In this document: positions 26,030-40,449 of the stretch, one piece after another
Layout: the number at the start of each line of letters is the position of its first letter
Numbering within the stretch: the first letter of the stretch is position 1
Assembly: GCA_024704765.1 (NCBI GenBank)
Contig: JAKMXF010000344.1
Span: 77,276 to 141,275, forward strand
Origin: Oopsacas minuta
Taxonomy: Eukaryota > Animalia > Porifera
Length of the DNA: 64,000 nucleotides
Direction of reading: 5' to 3'
The notes under the pieces: model-generated
The model's input: only the letters and a program-made list of their open reading frames with translations
Told to the model about the DNA's origin: nothing
Databases searched by the model: none
Translations under genes and position numbers: made by a program

Positions 26030-26527
26030 CAGCGGTCCCCAACCTTTAGAACCAAGTGGCAGTCCCTAGTACTAAGAGCAAGCAATTTGGACTCTTCACA
26101 CATTTCTTAGTAACTAACATTGAACTAATACTACACTTTACTAACATGTTTACTTCATGAATCAAACTTATATTCGGACCAGACTTGTTTAGATACGTAT
26201 ATATTCTATTACTAGACTTGCAGGAATAGATAATATACGTATATATGTAGGCATTCGTTAAACAAACTAAACAGTAAACAATAGATTACATAATATATGA
26301 ATAGTATTAGAGAATATATATAGGCGAGCCAAAATTGTATATTCACTGTTGCAGTATTCAAAAAATGTGTTAATTAATACGCTTCATTGAGTTGGCAAAG
26401 TGGCACTAATTTGTTAGTAGTAAGCGAATACATACGAGTAGGCAAATTGGAGCTAGGGTTTGGCGGGCCAAAACCTTTGGGAACGTGGGCCGAATTTAAC
26501 CCACGGTCCGTAGGTTAGGGACCTCTT
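26030..26527. mobile_element. hAT MITE, copy 1
   Basis: cagcggtccccaacc at the left and ggttagggacctct at the right; TSD attcaact / att-aact. About 450 bp are nearly identical to 38600-39132. Confidence 0.8.
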
Positions 26528-26787
26528 ATTAACTAATACTTGCATCAACTAAAATTTTGATTTTCTTAATCAATTTTGCAATTATTTGGCATTGATATAA
26601 TGGAATCTAATAGATAAGATCAAATTCCCCAGCTCTTTCTGAGAGAAATTAATAGTATATAGAAATTTCCCATTTCTATTCTCTTGAAACAAGTCACTAA
26701 TCAGAAAATCCATCAGGTTGGGCATTTTTCTGGGATGGCTCTCCCATAATAAAAACGTTTTTTCTGGTTCTTTAATACATAATATAA

Positions 26788-28889
26788 CACTGGCCAACAA
26801 CATTTTCTTGGTTGATAAGTTGAGACTATTTCTAGTGTATATCGGAGTCACTGAGCCCGGAAATGGCACTAGTTCTGGTCAATTGGCTCTACTTTTCGTG
26901 ATATTGTAAAATTATGTTTTTCAGTATCCGTGAATCTGTGTTCACTGATACTATATAGTATGTATTTGTTACCTTATAGCTAGAATTGAACGTACGTAAT
27001 AACGTAATAAGCAGAAAATTTGAGATATAATATGATCTGAACACTTATCAATCATGAACGAACGTTATCTTCACGAATTCCTTTTGTGAGGTTCTTGGGC
27101 TCAATCACGTATAAGGCTCCTGCAGTAATCTGCCAACATGTGAGTATCCCATCGTCCTTGGTACCGTTTTTCCATAGTCCTGATGTCTTGGTGGAATGGC
27201 TCGCGTTGTTCTTCGCTTAAACACCAATATTTTCAGGGAATCCCTCTAAATGGCCATAGAGGTAGTGAAGTTTTATGCTCATTCTGGTTCCCAGACTGTG
27301 GAAGTTCTTGAGCATGCCTTCGACCAGATTCTGGTAGTTAGCTACCTTGGTGTTGCCTAAAAATCCCTTACAACATGGACAAAAGAATACCACGCGGTAG
27401 CCTCAACTCCAGTCAGGTGTGAGACTAAATCTTGATCGTTTTCAGTTTTCTGATTTGTGCCACATCAAAATTCCTGCCTTAAGTCTTTCACTACTCAGAC
27501 CACGATTTACTGAGCAGAGGTATTTGAAACAGATACCATCTTTGTCTAATGCCTTTACGAATAGTTTCATCAGTCCCAACTTGATATGTAGTGGGGGTAG
27601 GATGATACGTCACGGCTAACTAGTGGCTCGTTAATGATATTCTTTCCCCCACGGCAAGCTTTTGACGAACGCGCCAGTTCTTCTCTTCCCAGTGCACCTC
27701 ATCCGCTCTGCTGTCCTCTCAGAATATTAACCATTTTCAAGTCGACACACGCGATCCAGTTATGTTCATCATAACACAACTTTTGTAGGATCATCTTTAT
27801 AGTTGCATAGTGCTCTTTCAAGATTACTGAATAGCCGATCGGAACACAGGCAAATTGTTACCATTGTGCAGCAACAGACACCTTAGACTCCGTTTAGAGC
27901 TGTCGATAAATAAACGCCACTCATTCGGATTGTGTTGGACAGTCATATTGCTGAGAGAAATCCTGGAATATTATTAGGAAACACGAAACCGCCTTTTTCA
28001 CTGAAATAGCGAATAAGTTCTTTGCCTCTGCGTCGATAATAAATTATCCTAGCTTCACTGTGGAGAACATGATGTTCACTGAGATTGGAAGCCAGGATCT
28101 CTGAAGCATCTTTTGACAAGCCTAAGTCTCTCACTAAGTCGTTGAGCTGCCCCTTTGTGAAAGGCTCCGCTTTACTTATCTGTAACGATTCATTACAGCT
28201 ATTGCTGTTGTGTGTTGCCTCAGTAAACGCAGTATCAGGTAAGGACGTAAAAAACAGCCACCTGAATTTCGTTGCAGTGTGGAATTGGGCCGTCTTGCAG
28301 AATGTATGTCAGGATATTGCCACGAATTCTTTTTCTGTCGGTCCCATCCAGATATGTTAATCATGCAGAAGTAACAGTCATCGTGATGGTTCTTGGGCTC
28401 ACGCCAAATTATTGGTACCCCAAACTTCATGGATTAGGCTTTTCCTTGGGTCCATAGGCGGAGGGTTTCAGTGCAATATTTGCACACTTTGTAAGGGCTC
28501 CATGGTTTATCCTGATCGCCTAACTTAATACCAAAAGTAAGCCTGATAAGCTATTTTGGTGACATCTCTATCATTAAAACGATGTTCCTTTGCCATATAT
28601 TTACCACAAATATAGCAAAAGACATCAGGATCATTGAGGCAACAACGTCTATGCGCTTTGAATCCATAAAAGGTTCTATGTTGTGAACAAATGGTTGTTA
28701 ATGTTGATATATATACAAACCGAAAATATTTGTAGTGTTACCTTAATATTTAAGGTTGTGTGATATCTAGAAAACTAGAGCCAATTCAGCAAAACTAATA
28801 GTATTTTCGGTGACAGCAACCCCGTTATACCCTAAAAACGCTCCAACAATCTGAGCCAAGAGATATAAATGTTTTTTTGTTGACCTGTG
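26788..28889 (-). mobile_element. Chapaev3-type element, decayed (copy B)
   Basis: Ends CACTGGCCAACAA and (rc) CACAGGTCAACAA, TSD TAA/TAA. Fragments: NDPDVFCYICG, WREPKNHHDDCYFC, LPPLHIKLGLMK, a distorted SEEQ...FHQDI. Confidence 0.85.
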
Positions 28890-28993
28890 TAATTAGCGAT
28901 ACAATTGTATATAATAAATATAGTACATTGCGTAAATATTCCCAGGCTTAAATTTTATCGATTATCATAACAAATATACACTTTCATTAATTA

Positions 28994-31268
28994 CACAGGT
29001 CAACAATATTTAACTTCATTTTCTCATCAAGTATTAGATTGACATTTTCTAAGCTAGCTTTTTACGCTGAATTCAAATCTGCTTTCAGATTCTTTCCAGC
29101 ATGTCCAGTTTTTTTTCCTTCTACAAGTCAACGATTTTTATTTATTTCCTAGATTTTCCAGTTATTTTATGGTAGTGGCTGTCTTTTTGTCTTCTTACAT
29201 GATAGCCATCTGAAATAAATCAACGTTTCGATGTTTTAGATTAATGCCAAGATAATATCAGTTATTATCCTAGCTCTTGCATATAATTATTCACATTCAT
29301 GCATGAATCAATTACTCACAAACTAAGGGGAAATACATATCCATCTAGAAGTATAAAGGTAGCTAACTAAATTAAAAGTGTTGAGAGTACGACTTCCTTC
29401 TATATATCTTGTTGGGATTATCTCTGAAGAGCCTCCAACAGTAATCGGACATCATGTCCTCATTCCAGAAACCTTGGTATCGGGTTTCCATCTCCTGTAT
29501 GTCTTGGTGGAATCTCTCACCCTGTTCATCACTTACAGCACTAAGGTTCTCAGGAAAAAATCAAGGTGAGAGTGCAAGAAGTGAAGTTTTAGCGACATGC
29601 GACAGCCTATCTTCTCGTATGCGTTAAGCAAGGTTTCCACTCCTTCTCTGTAGTTGGACGACTTCTTGTTGCCCCAAAAGTTTTCACAAACCCATTTGAA
29701 AGAATTCCAAGCACTCATTTCTAATTCGGATAATATCTTCTCGAAATCTGGATCTCTGAATACTTGTCTGATTTGTGGTCCTACAAATACTCCCTCTTTG
29801 AACTTTGCCTCGCTTAGTTTCGGAAATTTGCCTACCGAATGCAGAAATCCTGCTGAATTTGTTTTGCCCATTGTTTTAGTTAATCCAAGTTTAATATGAA
29901 GTGGGGGTAGGAAAATTTGTTTGGATCTACCGATGGCGAATGCTGTAAATTGGTTTTCCCCACTTCATAGGTTCTCTTCGGCCAATTACATTTTTTATAA
30001 TGTTCACCAGTTGCTCGGCTGTCCCATAGACATAGGAAACAACAATACTTTGTAAAACCTTGTTGCAAGCCCATCAATAGCCCGATTATCTTGAGATCAC
30101 CGCAGATATTCCATATATGTGTTCTATACTGTATTGCCGCCAAAACTTCCTGCAAATTGACGAAGGTTTCTTTGAGATAAACGGAGTGAGCAATTGGAAC
30201 GCCAGGATTTAGATTTCAGTTATGCAACAGAACAGCTTTGAAACTGCGTTTTGACGAGTCGATGAAAAGGCGCCAATCAGAGAAGAATGTTCTTGTAATA
30301 GGTTGCATAGAGTCCTTCGATATTATTACAATAGCACAGTGGACCATCAGTGGTGTAGTATTGAGCGAGATCGAAATTTCGCTTGCAATAGTGGGATACT
30401 AGGACATCTTTGTCGAGTAGGTTTTTCTGTTTGAGTCTGGATGCAAGGAGTTCAGCTTTGTCTTTAGATAAGTCTAGATCCCTGACCAGGTCATTCAATT
30501 CTCCCTGTGTAAATGTTTGTGGCTCTAGTAATTCATCTTCCGGGACATAATTAGCATCTGTAGAATCTGCATGAACATCCTCCACCATATCTGACCCGAT
30601 TTTAATTTGCTGTGGCTTGGGAATTGGGATTGGTAATGAGATGTCGTGTGGAATTGGCCTGCGAGCAGAATCCAAGTCTGGGTAAACAAGAGCGTGCTTA
30701 TTCTTGGCTGAGAATCCTCTAATGTCGATAAGGCAACAGTAACAATCATCAAGGTGATTTATCTGTTCCCTCCAGACCATGGGTATTGTAAATGGCATTG
30801 AAACTTTCCTTTTGTTCAACCAATCACGTAGTCCACTTGAACAAGAAGTGCATATAACATGTGGTGCCCACGATTTGTCTTGGTCACCAAGTGGACATTC
30901 GAAGTACAATTTGTATATGTTCTTTAATTGATTTGTGATTGGTCGTCTTTGTGATTTTACGCAAAAAGACCACAAACGTAACAGAAATTGTCGGGATGAG
31001 TTCTACAATTACGATGCATGTTTATAATTTGATTTGCTTGAATTCAAATAAGTAAAGTCATTTATATTCCAGATAATTGAATCAAAATAGGCATGCTCAT
31101 ATAGCAATTTAGTAACTAGGTAATACTATACTATTGAAAAAATGGATATTAGACTTCAGAATAACTAGACATGCTAGAGAAATTCTGATTGCAGATTCGA
31201 GTTTAGCATTCAAAAGTATGCTAAGATAAATGTATGTGATCTCTGATGAGAAATCTTGTTGAGTTGTG
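28994..31268 (-). mobile_element. Chapaev3-type element, decayed (copy C)
   Basis: Ends CACAGGTCAACAA and (rc) CACAACTCAACAA, TSD TTA/TTA. ORFs contain GDQDKSWAPH, ICGDLK, GFTKYCCFLCLWDSR and LHFLHSHLDFF. Confidence 0.88.
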
Positions 31269-31949
31269 TTATCATTAGTTATCATTATTAGCAACATTGT
31301 AATATTTCACCATCCTTTGAAAAAGTTTTTGCGTTGCTACCTAGAAATGAAAGGGAATATCAATAATTAAGGTATGATATATGACATAATTTGTGAGAGC
31401 ATTTCAATGTATTTTGGTGGGAATTCTATTAAGCACAAATACTCAAGCACAAGGAAAGAAATATTTTTCTTTTTGAATACTGTATGTATTAAACAACGAT
31501 TTCATTCCAAGGTTCATCATTATATCACCAATAATGTATTTTATGTACATTCTACATGGAAACATTGTGGGCCTCGAGCTCTAAGCATGGACTATACCCT
31601 TAATTCCTTTGTTGATAAATGATGATCAATTCTCCAAAAGTACTCTACATATCCATCCGAGCTCTAAGTGTATCCAGGTTAACTTGATTAAATCAGGTAA
31701 ATCACACATTTGTTGTATTTTATAAACACCCTCAGTTCCTTACCAAATTGTTTCTTAGTATTCGTTCCCGTTCATCTGAAACCAAACGACAACAGTTATT
31801 TCCTTTCTCACGATGGCTATCATTCAGGAATTATCCAAATCTATATATTCTTCTCCTTATTCGAGGGATATAGAATTTACCCCTGGGTCTACCAGAAGAG
31901 AAGAGTTCATGAAAATTCTTGATGAGAAGAAACTGGCTGATTCAGCCGT

Positions 31950-33930
31950 AAATATATTCTCACCTGAAGTAATATAGGTAAAGTCTGCATCCTGAAATCA
32001 CAGAAACCGACTTAGAAACATGAAAGACAAAAGTGGCAAAGGGTTCAGAATAGATTTAAACTTGTTTCATATCAAAGTGTTGAGACCCTATACTAAGTGA
32101 AGCTAACAGATACAATGCCTAAGGAGTATTGATGAGGAATGAAATCTACAATGTCATAGAAGAATTTCACGTAAAAATCACAAACATTCAGGAAGGACAA
32201 CATTGTATAAGAGAGTTACTAATATTGCTTTGGAGTTACTGAAGAACTGTGTGGTATTTATGTCAAATTGTGTCCATCTTGGCATCTAAAAATGGGGAAG
32301 AATCCATAAAGTCTGTAGTTACCAAACCAATCGGATCAAGAAATTACCTGAGCAGATGTCAAATTGATCTCATAGATTTCAGAGATATGAATCTGGCTGA
32401 AAACATGTCACCAGATAGAGTCACACCCCATGAATACCTTTTTGGCTGCATTGACCATTTTAACAAAGAACTAAACTTGATAGCACTAGTTAGAAAAACA
32501 GCAGGAAATGTTCGTGACATTTTAATTGAAATATTTTGCGATCAAGGCCCACCTCTAATATTGCATTCTGATAATGAAAGAGAATTCTCAAATCGCCTTC
32601 TATTCGAAACTTTGCGAGATACTTGGCCCTCTACAAAAATTGTGCATGGCAAACCCAGGCATCATGAGTGTCAAAGGATAGTTTAGCGTGTGAATAGAGA
32701 AGTTAAAGACGGATTATTTGCCATGATGCATGATAATAATGATCAATGCTGGGTGAAGTATTTAAAGTGGGTAAAATTTAACTACAACACAAGTTACCAT
32801 ACAACTATTCGAATTACGCCATTTGAAGCTGTATATGGCAGACCACCATTCTTCGGACTCGCTACTCGTAATGTTCCTAAAGAACATTGGGGTGTGATTA
32901 ATAACAAAGACGATTTGAATAACTTTCAACAAACCTCTGTTGCTGATCCAATTTCAGCATCTGTTGATGAATTATCTGAATCATCTAACTTGTCTGATAA
33001 CAAAGTGCTTACATATATAGAAGAGTATCCTAATGAACCACAGCCTCCATATTTATCTAAGTTCCTGCCTATTTCCGAAGATTATGAATTCTTAATATCA
33101 GACACAGTTCCACCTGGCACATTTGTCGATGGTATAGAATATAATAGTAATTTTGAAACCCCAACATCTAATATTCCAGTAATTCTGGAGAATCAAAATT
33201 AGAGCTCTTGAATCGGATAATTTAATTTCTGAGAAACAGTTTCCCATGAGACGTCTATCTAGTAGTTCAACGATAGTTTCAAATATAAATCCAACCAATT
33301 CAGCTAAGTTACTCTGTGCTGAATGTGAGAATAAAACAAGTGGAATACACTCTTGCCCGGGGTGTAGTCGTTTCGTCCATGTATCTTGCGGAATTCTACT
33401 TGGGAAAGAGGGATTGGGAGCACAGTGTGGTTTCAAGGTTGTTTTCTCAAAGGAAAAGAGTATAAATATCCATCATTTTAGAAAACTAACAAAAATAAAC
33501 CAAGAAACACTACATGATCGTATGCCTAAGTAAAGTTGGAAAAAATTCAAACCGGCTGAAATCAATGATACTGTGCTTATACCCATTTCTCAATCTGATA
33601 AGATGAGTTCGATTAAACCACGCAATCTTATGGGTCATATCATTGACGCACAAGACTCTGCATACTGAACCACTGAGGCCCAGAGAAGTACTTTGCATTG
33701 CTTCCGTTTGACTGACTGTAGAAGTATAGCAAGACTCAATTGCACTGATTCTGAACCGACAAACATAAAACTGATTCCTTGCATAGTCAGAGGAAATTGT
33801 GCTATGCGCTGTAGCTAAAGTATAAACTGATTTAAGCACTGTAAAACACTAAAGTGCCTTGCAAGAAATTAGGCAGAAGCTGCAGCACTAAACACCTTAA
33901 GGGTCACACTTGTTTACACAAGTTCGCATA
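31950..33930 (+). mobile_element. Decayed KRBA2/SCAND3-type (Ginger-related) integrase element
   Basis: SRCQIDLIDF, CIDHF, ILHSDNEREF, HGKPRH and YNTSYH...ITPFEAVYG. These are followed by a Cys/His finger (CAECENKTSGIHSCPGCSRFVHVSC) and a broken Cys-rich tail. Termini were not identified. Confidence 0.75.
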
Positions 33931-34534
33931 ACATAATAGTTGTGGAGTGCTATATTCTTAAGTATAACACAAATCATCACTCAATTTTTAGAACTTTCAA
34001 ATTATAAAATTATTAGTATTTAACAAGAAAACAATAAAGATTTCTTGCTCAGTCTCAATAATTATTCTAATTTGAATAATACAAGACAATTTGCTACATG
34101 GACACTTCGCTACACGACTAGTCGGTAGAAAATATATAATTTAGTGTCTTTAACAAATTGGAATTAAGTATGCGGTAATGGTAGACGGAGTTAATCGTTG
34201 TACTGAGCCTTGATTTGGACTAGAGTCTAGTTCATATCTAGTTCATATCAAGATAGTCTAGTTACTAGATCATCCTTGTAATAATGTAGTAAGTAGTCTT
34301 GGTAGTTTGTTCCAAACAACTTGCTTAAGTTAATTACGAAAAGTGGTCCTCGGGTAAGACAGTACCCCCTTAGGGAAACAAGATTTTCAGTGTATTTCCA
34401 TGTATAATATCACATTTATTGCTATTCTGAGAAGAATATCTTTGATATCTATTCGCTCTAATCCAAAGAAATAACTTATCCACACTAGGAAACTAATTCT
34501 GATCGATACTATAAACATAATCCTCATTTACTTA

Positions 34535-35867
34535 CAGGAGCCTTCAATAAATACTAATCATACCACCTAAAGCTATAGATACTTGTGTAAAGTTGGTAAT
34601 TTTGCTATGAATGTTCAAAGTAGTCTCCTTTATACGCGACAACTGAATTTAGCCTTTTAATCCAATTTTCAAATGTCTTTCTGTACTCATCCTTGGGAAT
34701 GACTTCAAGGTATCTGTAAATTGCCCGACCGAGGCTGAGCCGATCCTCAAATTCGCGTCCGGAGAGGTTATCTTTGAGTTTTCTAAACAGCCAGAAGTCA
34801 CATGGGGCTATATCAGGGGAGTAAGGTGGATGTGGAACTCGTGCATACCCATATCTTTAATTTTTGCCTTACAGCCAAAGATTTATGCGGTCTAGCATTA
34901 TCGTGCAAAATTTTGAGACCACGAGTTCCAGTCTTTGGACGACGCTTAAGATAATGTTTTTCGACCTCAGGCAACACCACATCTGCGTAAAATTGTCCTG
35001 TGAGTGTCTGACCTTTGGGAACAGAGATTTGGGCTACAGGACCTAGGCCATCGAAAAATATGCAGTACAAGACCTACGGGACACGGAAATCGGATACACA
35101 AACAGCTGGGGGTACCTCTCACTTCTTTAGCCAAACCCTGCTATCTTGCTTTCTGATCGGTGGTTTGAATTGTATCCATGTTTCATCTCCTGTTACTATC
35201 TCTAATAACCGCCTAGGGTCACTTCCTTCATAAATTTCAAGGTTTTCCTTAGCCATTTGGAGTCTCGCGGCCTTTTGTGGAAAAGTTAAGCAATGTGTTA
35301 CCCATCGCACTTGGACCTTCCTCAGTTCTAAATCCGCCTTCAGAATTGTGTGTGCACTTCCCGTTGAAATGCCAACATAGTTAGCTACCTCCTCAACCGA
35401 AGAATGCGGAAAAGACTCGACATATTCCTTTACTTCACTCAATTTGTCATTGTTGGTCGCCAGTTTTAGTGCTCCAGGACGAGGGGCGTCTTGGACAGAG
35501 GTCCTACCTTCCCTAAATTGGCTCACCCACCTTCTGACAGTTGAACACGATAAAGTATCTTCTCCACATATCGTTGCCAAATCCTCATGAATAGACTTTG
35601 GAGGGATTTCGAGAATGGTGCGAAATTTGATGTACGTTCGTTGTTCAAGTTCCGAAAAATTTGGACAAGAAGCCATGAAAAATGTAAAGGAGAAAATGTA
35701 GGTTTCTAAGAATAACTGAAACTTAGGAAATAATTAAGTGATCAACTCTCTCTAGGTTTTGTTAGAAAGTTGAAATATGGTTCTATATAATTGCACTGAG
35801 AAATACTAGCTTAGAACTGCTATTTCATTAAAAATATACAGTGATTAGTATATATTGAATGCCCCTG
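34535..35867 (-). mobile_element. mariner (DD34D) element, decayed
   Basis: Imperfect TIRs caggagccttcaataaatactaatca / caggggcattcaatatatactaatca with TA flanks. Motifs IVTGDETW, LHDNARPH and HPPYSPDIAPCDFW. Two stops and two 1-nt deletions. Confidence 0.9.
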
Positions 35868-36549
35868 TATCATGCCTGTAAAAGCTTCTCTTAATTTCTT
35901 CAAATTCTCTAGTTAAATTGTCTTGCGATTTCCCTTAAATATTAATTATACAACACATATAACAAGTATCTCATTTTTATAGGGCTGGCAGTGCAAACAG
36001 TGCGCATATGTTGTGCATGGACGATGCTTAAACTTAATTCTTTCTAAATGTCCCAAAGCTGCTAAAAATAACCAGAATACTATATTTCTTAAAGAACGTT
36101 TTAAACTTGATGTTCCTCATATATTTTCTGTACACAGGTTTGTATATTTTCTTTTTTGTTTGATCACTACTGTAGAACTCGGGTAAGATGTACCGCTGTT
36201 TCAACAATTGAACTATGCCATTTTAGGCTTCAGATTTATGTAACCATATATTCTTCTATACACAAATTCGTCGCACCTTTGTTCCTCTTAACCGCGTCAA
36301 AATGGCCTGGTCCTGATGTAACCATATTGAGCGTCTACTGTGTATGATAATATTCGAGAAGTATATCAATTCTGTTAATATTTTATCACAATTACCGGGA
36401 TACGATATTCCGCGATATGACAATAACCGAGTTTTTTGTGCAACTAACGAAAATTGTTGTTGATTTTCTGATAATATGCCGTTATTCTATAAAGCTGTAT
36501 GATAATGAACGGAAAATTTCCTGTTAAATTCGGACCTTTCGCAAAGGAT

Positions 36550-36633
36550 ATTGAACAAAGGACATACATTCAATTTTGTACCACATCGGAAATCCTATAT
36601 GGCACTAATTTGAATGTATGTCCTTTGTTCAAT
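36550..36633. repeat. Perfect 24-bp inverted repeat with a 36-nt spacer
   Basis: attgaacaaaggacatacattcaa (36550-73) and its exact reverse complement (36610-33). Confidence 0.9.
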
Positions 36634-38599
36634 TTCAGTGCTAAGTGACGATGAAACCAATGAAGAAGTCAATAGATAAAGTCGATTACGATATATTGTT
36701 ATATTTTTGATTTTCAAAATGTTTATATGCCAAATGAAATAATACCGTTCTGTACAAAATTTTACGATATTTGTCATGATACAGTTGGTACATTTCTGAG
36801 TTACATTTGAAACCATTGATGTCACATTGTTGTCAATATCCACTTGTAAGTCGATGATCTTATCCTCAAATCAGGTTAGCCATTATGAGTATATAGATTC
36901 TTCCATTATAGTCTTGCCCTTGCATATGAGACAAGATCCGCATAATTTCTTTGATGCAGCTGTTTGTCTCCTGATTCGAGATATTGGGTATATTCATAGA
37001 CTACTATAATAAAGGACTATAGGCTACCGCTCAGGTCCTGTTACTTGGATCCTTTGTGTTTTCTTCATATTTCCTAAATCGCAGTTAGACCACGAAATTG
37101 TATTATTGTTGGATTAGAAGTGATATGTTGGGAGTCGATTTAGCATATTATCTTACCTAAAATATTTGTGGAATATGAGTTATTTGGTTTGCTCACCTTC
37201 CATATTAATGAGATTATGTAAAATATCGCTTCCATTTGAGGTAGGCATGATCATTGTGTTATTGTACAATGGCGATCCATAGGTAACGACTCCTTAAGTC
37301 AGATTTCCTTACCTCATATCCAACTAAACATAAAGCCTCAAGGTAAATTGTGAATTTTAGACTAGATATGTTGTTGACGGGCGAGGTATTTATATGAGGT
37401 TCTATATTGCAGTAACTGCATTTTCCCCGAATAGTTATATTTCACTTTTTTGAACAACTAATTATCAACCGTTATATAGTAAGATTCAGGAAGGTGCCAT
37501 AATATTTGTCTTGGAAGTATTTATTTTGTGGAATATACTATTGTTTGATCGCTTGTCAGAGCCTCTGAAACGTAAGTATTGCATGAATGTTCTATATACA
37601 CATTTTTTACAAATATCCAAAGATTGTCTTGATAAATTTGTCTTGTTCTTGAGCTACAATAGGCCTCCATGGGTAACACATTTTTATGAACATCCTATTA
37701 TAACCCATAATCCTGAAAATTATTGTTAGTATATACCTGGCTTCCCATGACTTTGTAATACATTTAGATATGAAAACTCTAGCCAACGTGGTGTCATCTT
37801 GAATATACACTATTATAGTCATTTTTACGATTACGCAATGTTGCTTAAGACATATATCAAAATGTATTACAAGTGTGTGGGAAATCGGGCATATACTATT
37901 AATAGGCCATACTCACTTGACAATGACCTTCACAAGCCAAATTTATTATGACAATTATTTTGTACTAGCGCACCTTGCTTGCTAGGTCGCTGCGAGACTG
38001 GCGGAAGTATCATTGAGCTTTGCCCCTTGTTTTGACATTAGTATGAACAGCTATATTTGTTAGTGCTTTTGTGCCTCTAGGCGACGGAATATACTCTGCA
38101 TTATGTGCCTAGAGGCTAATTTTAGTGGAATTTTTGAAATATTATCCATGATCCATCCAAATTCTATATAATGATCTTGTGTGGGAACACTGGAGCTGTC
38201 ACGTTGTTTTTGCTGTTTATTCTCGATACATTGTGCCTCATCATGTATTAAAACATTCTACAACTTCTCGAAATTTGGAAAATGTGCTATCATAATACCG
38301 TAATAAATTGATGATGTATTTAAAATTGTTCAAAGTGATGTGGTTAGGACATTTGGCATATTTTTGGTTACCTGTGATTCAATTTTCAACCGTGTATCAT
38401 TTACATTGGATTAGCAATGTTATTTATCCAAAAAGGTCCCAATGACTTAATAATTTCGTCAGGTTGGAATTTTCGTCCAAGACACCAACTTGTCTAAAAT
38501 ATTGGTAAAGTCATCATTTATTTGTTAAAACATGCCATTCTTAGTTTGTATAGCCCGTTAGGGTTAAATATTGCTTCTGATTTTCCAAATCATGTATGG

Positions 38600-39132
38600 C
38601 AGCGGTCCCCAACCTTTTATAACCAAGTGGCAGTTCCTAGTAATGTATGAGTCAGGCGGGCCAAACTTCTCTTTTATACCCTACGTCCTATGTCCTAAGA
38701 GCAAGCAATTAGGACTCTTCACACATTTCTTAGTAACTAACATTGAACTAATACTACACTTTGCTAACATGTTTACTTCATGAATCAAACTTATATTCGG
38801 ACCAGACTTGTTTAGACACGTATATATTCTATTACTAGACTTGCAGGAATAGATAATATACGTATATATGTAGGCATTCGTTAAACAAACTAAACAGTAA
38901 ACAATAGATTACATAATATATGAATAGTATTAGAGAATACATATAGGCGAGTCAAAATTGTATATTCACTATTGCAGTATTCAAAAAATGTGTTAATTAA
39001 TACGCTTCATTGAGTTGGCAAAGTGGCACTAATTTGTTAGTAGTAAGCGAATACATAAGAGTAGGCAAATTGGAGCTAGGGTTTGGCGGGCCAGAACTTT
39101 TGGGAACGTGGGCCGTAGGTTGAGGACCTCTG
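38600..39132. mobile_element. hAT MITE, copy 2
   Basis: cagcggtccccaacc at the left and ggttgaggacctctg at the right. The 8-bp TSD ATGTATGG is restored when the adjacent maT is removed. Confidence 0.85.
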
Positions 39133-39137
39133 ATGTA

Positions 39138-40449
39138 CAGGGTGTCTAATAAGTTCTGTTATATATCAATTCCCCAATAATTTCAAATTTATCCATTGTA
39201 AAGCCATGAAACTTTCTATTTTCTTAGGACTTATGTTCCTAATTACAAATTACAAATATCATTCAATATAGCCTCCCTTTTTATGAATTACGGAAGTTAG
39301 TCTGCTCCGAAACTGATGGACAGCTTTTCGCAGCTCCTCCTGTCGGATTTTCTGCCATTCACTCAACAAATTAACTTTGAGGGACTCCAAACTCTTGTGA
39401 GATTTCGCACAGGCCCTGCTCTCCAAGTTTGCCCAAACAGAATAGTCGAGTGGGTTTAAATCTGGACTTGATGGTGGCCATTCATCCTTACTTATGAAAT
39501 CGATATTTTGCTCACGGAACCAACTCTGGGATACTTTTGAAGCATGTGCAGGCGCAGAGTCTTGTTGGTAAGTCCAAGGATGGTTTTGAAAGAGCTTCTC
39601 ACCCGCAGACGCAATTTCAGGCTCCAAGACCAGTTCTCTGTACGTCTGGGAGTTTATTTTCACTCCTTGGGGGACAATAATCAGGTTTGTTCTTGAGTCT
39701 ATCGACACTCCCGCCCATACCATCAGAGAAGGAGGCTTCTGGACTCTATCAATGTACTTGATGCTACCTGGGATATCCTGACTTCGAGAAGCAAGTATAC
39801 GGTTGTTTTGACGATTTGCTTGCCTCCTCAACGGTGAACAGCTTCTCATCTGAGAAGAGAATCTGATCTTCAGTCCCAGGAGCGAATCGGGCTTTTAGTT
39901 GTATGCATCTTTCGAGTCGCTTACGACGTATGGAGTCGTTAAGATGGTGTACGTTTTCCGCTTATAGGACTTCATTCCTAGATCCTCTACAAACAATTTC
40001 CGCATCGTTTCGTGATTGACACAGAATTCACGAGACATTTTTCGCATTGAACGCCGGGCATTGCTTAGGATTCGACATCTAACACTATTCATCTAGGCTG
40101 GTGTGCGGGCGGATCTTGTACGACCAATTCGTTTCCTGTCGGACACGCTGCCAGTCTCTATATATCGTTTTATTGTGCGATAGATCAACATGGGATTCAC
40201 TTTATCATTTTTTAGCCTTTTTAGAATTTCACTATTGCTAAATCCAGATTCGTGAAAAGTGACAATTTTTGAACGAATTTCTTCTAACATGATTTTCTGG
40301 GAAATCATCAACTTGAATGATATATACTTGGTATAATTTGAATGAGCGCCAAAAATGCTGCAAGAAATTCTAGAAGATTACTTCATAAGTATATTAATAA
40401 CTACTGTCTAATGCGCGAAAATGTATAACAGAACTTATTAGACACCCTG
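39138..40449 (-). mobile_element. maT (DD37D) element, defective
   Basis: Perfect 26-bp TIRs with TA TSD. QQDSAPAH...WPPSSPDLNPLDY gives 37 residues between D2 and D3. Confidence 0.92.
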
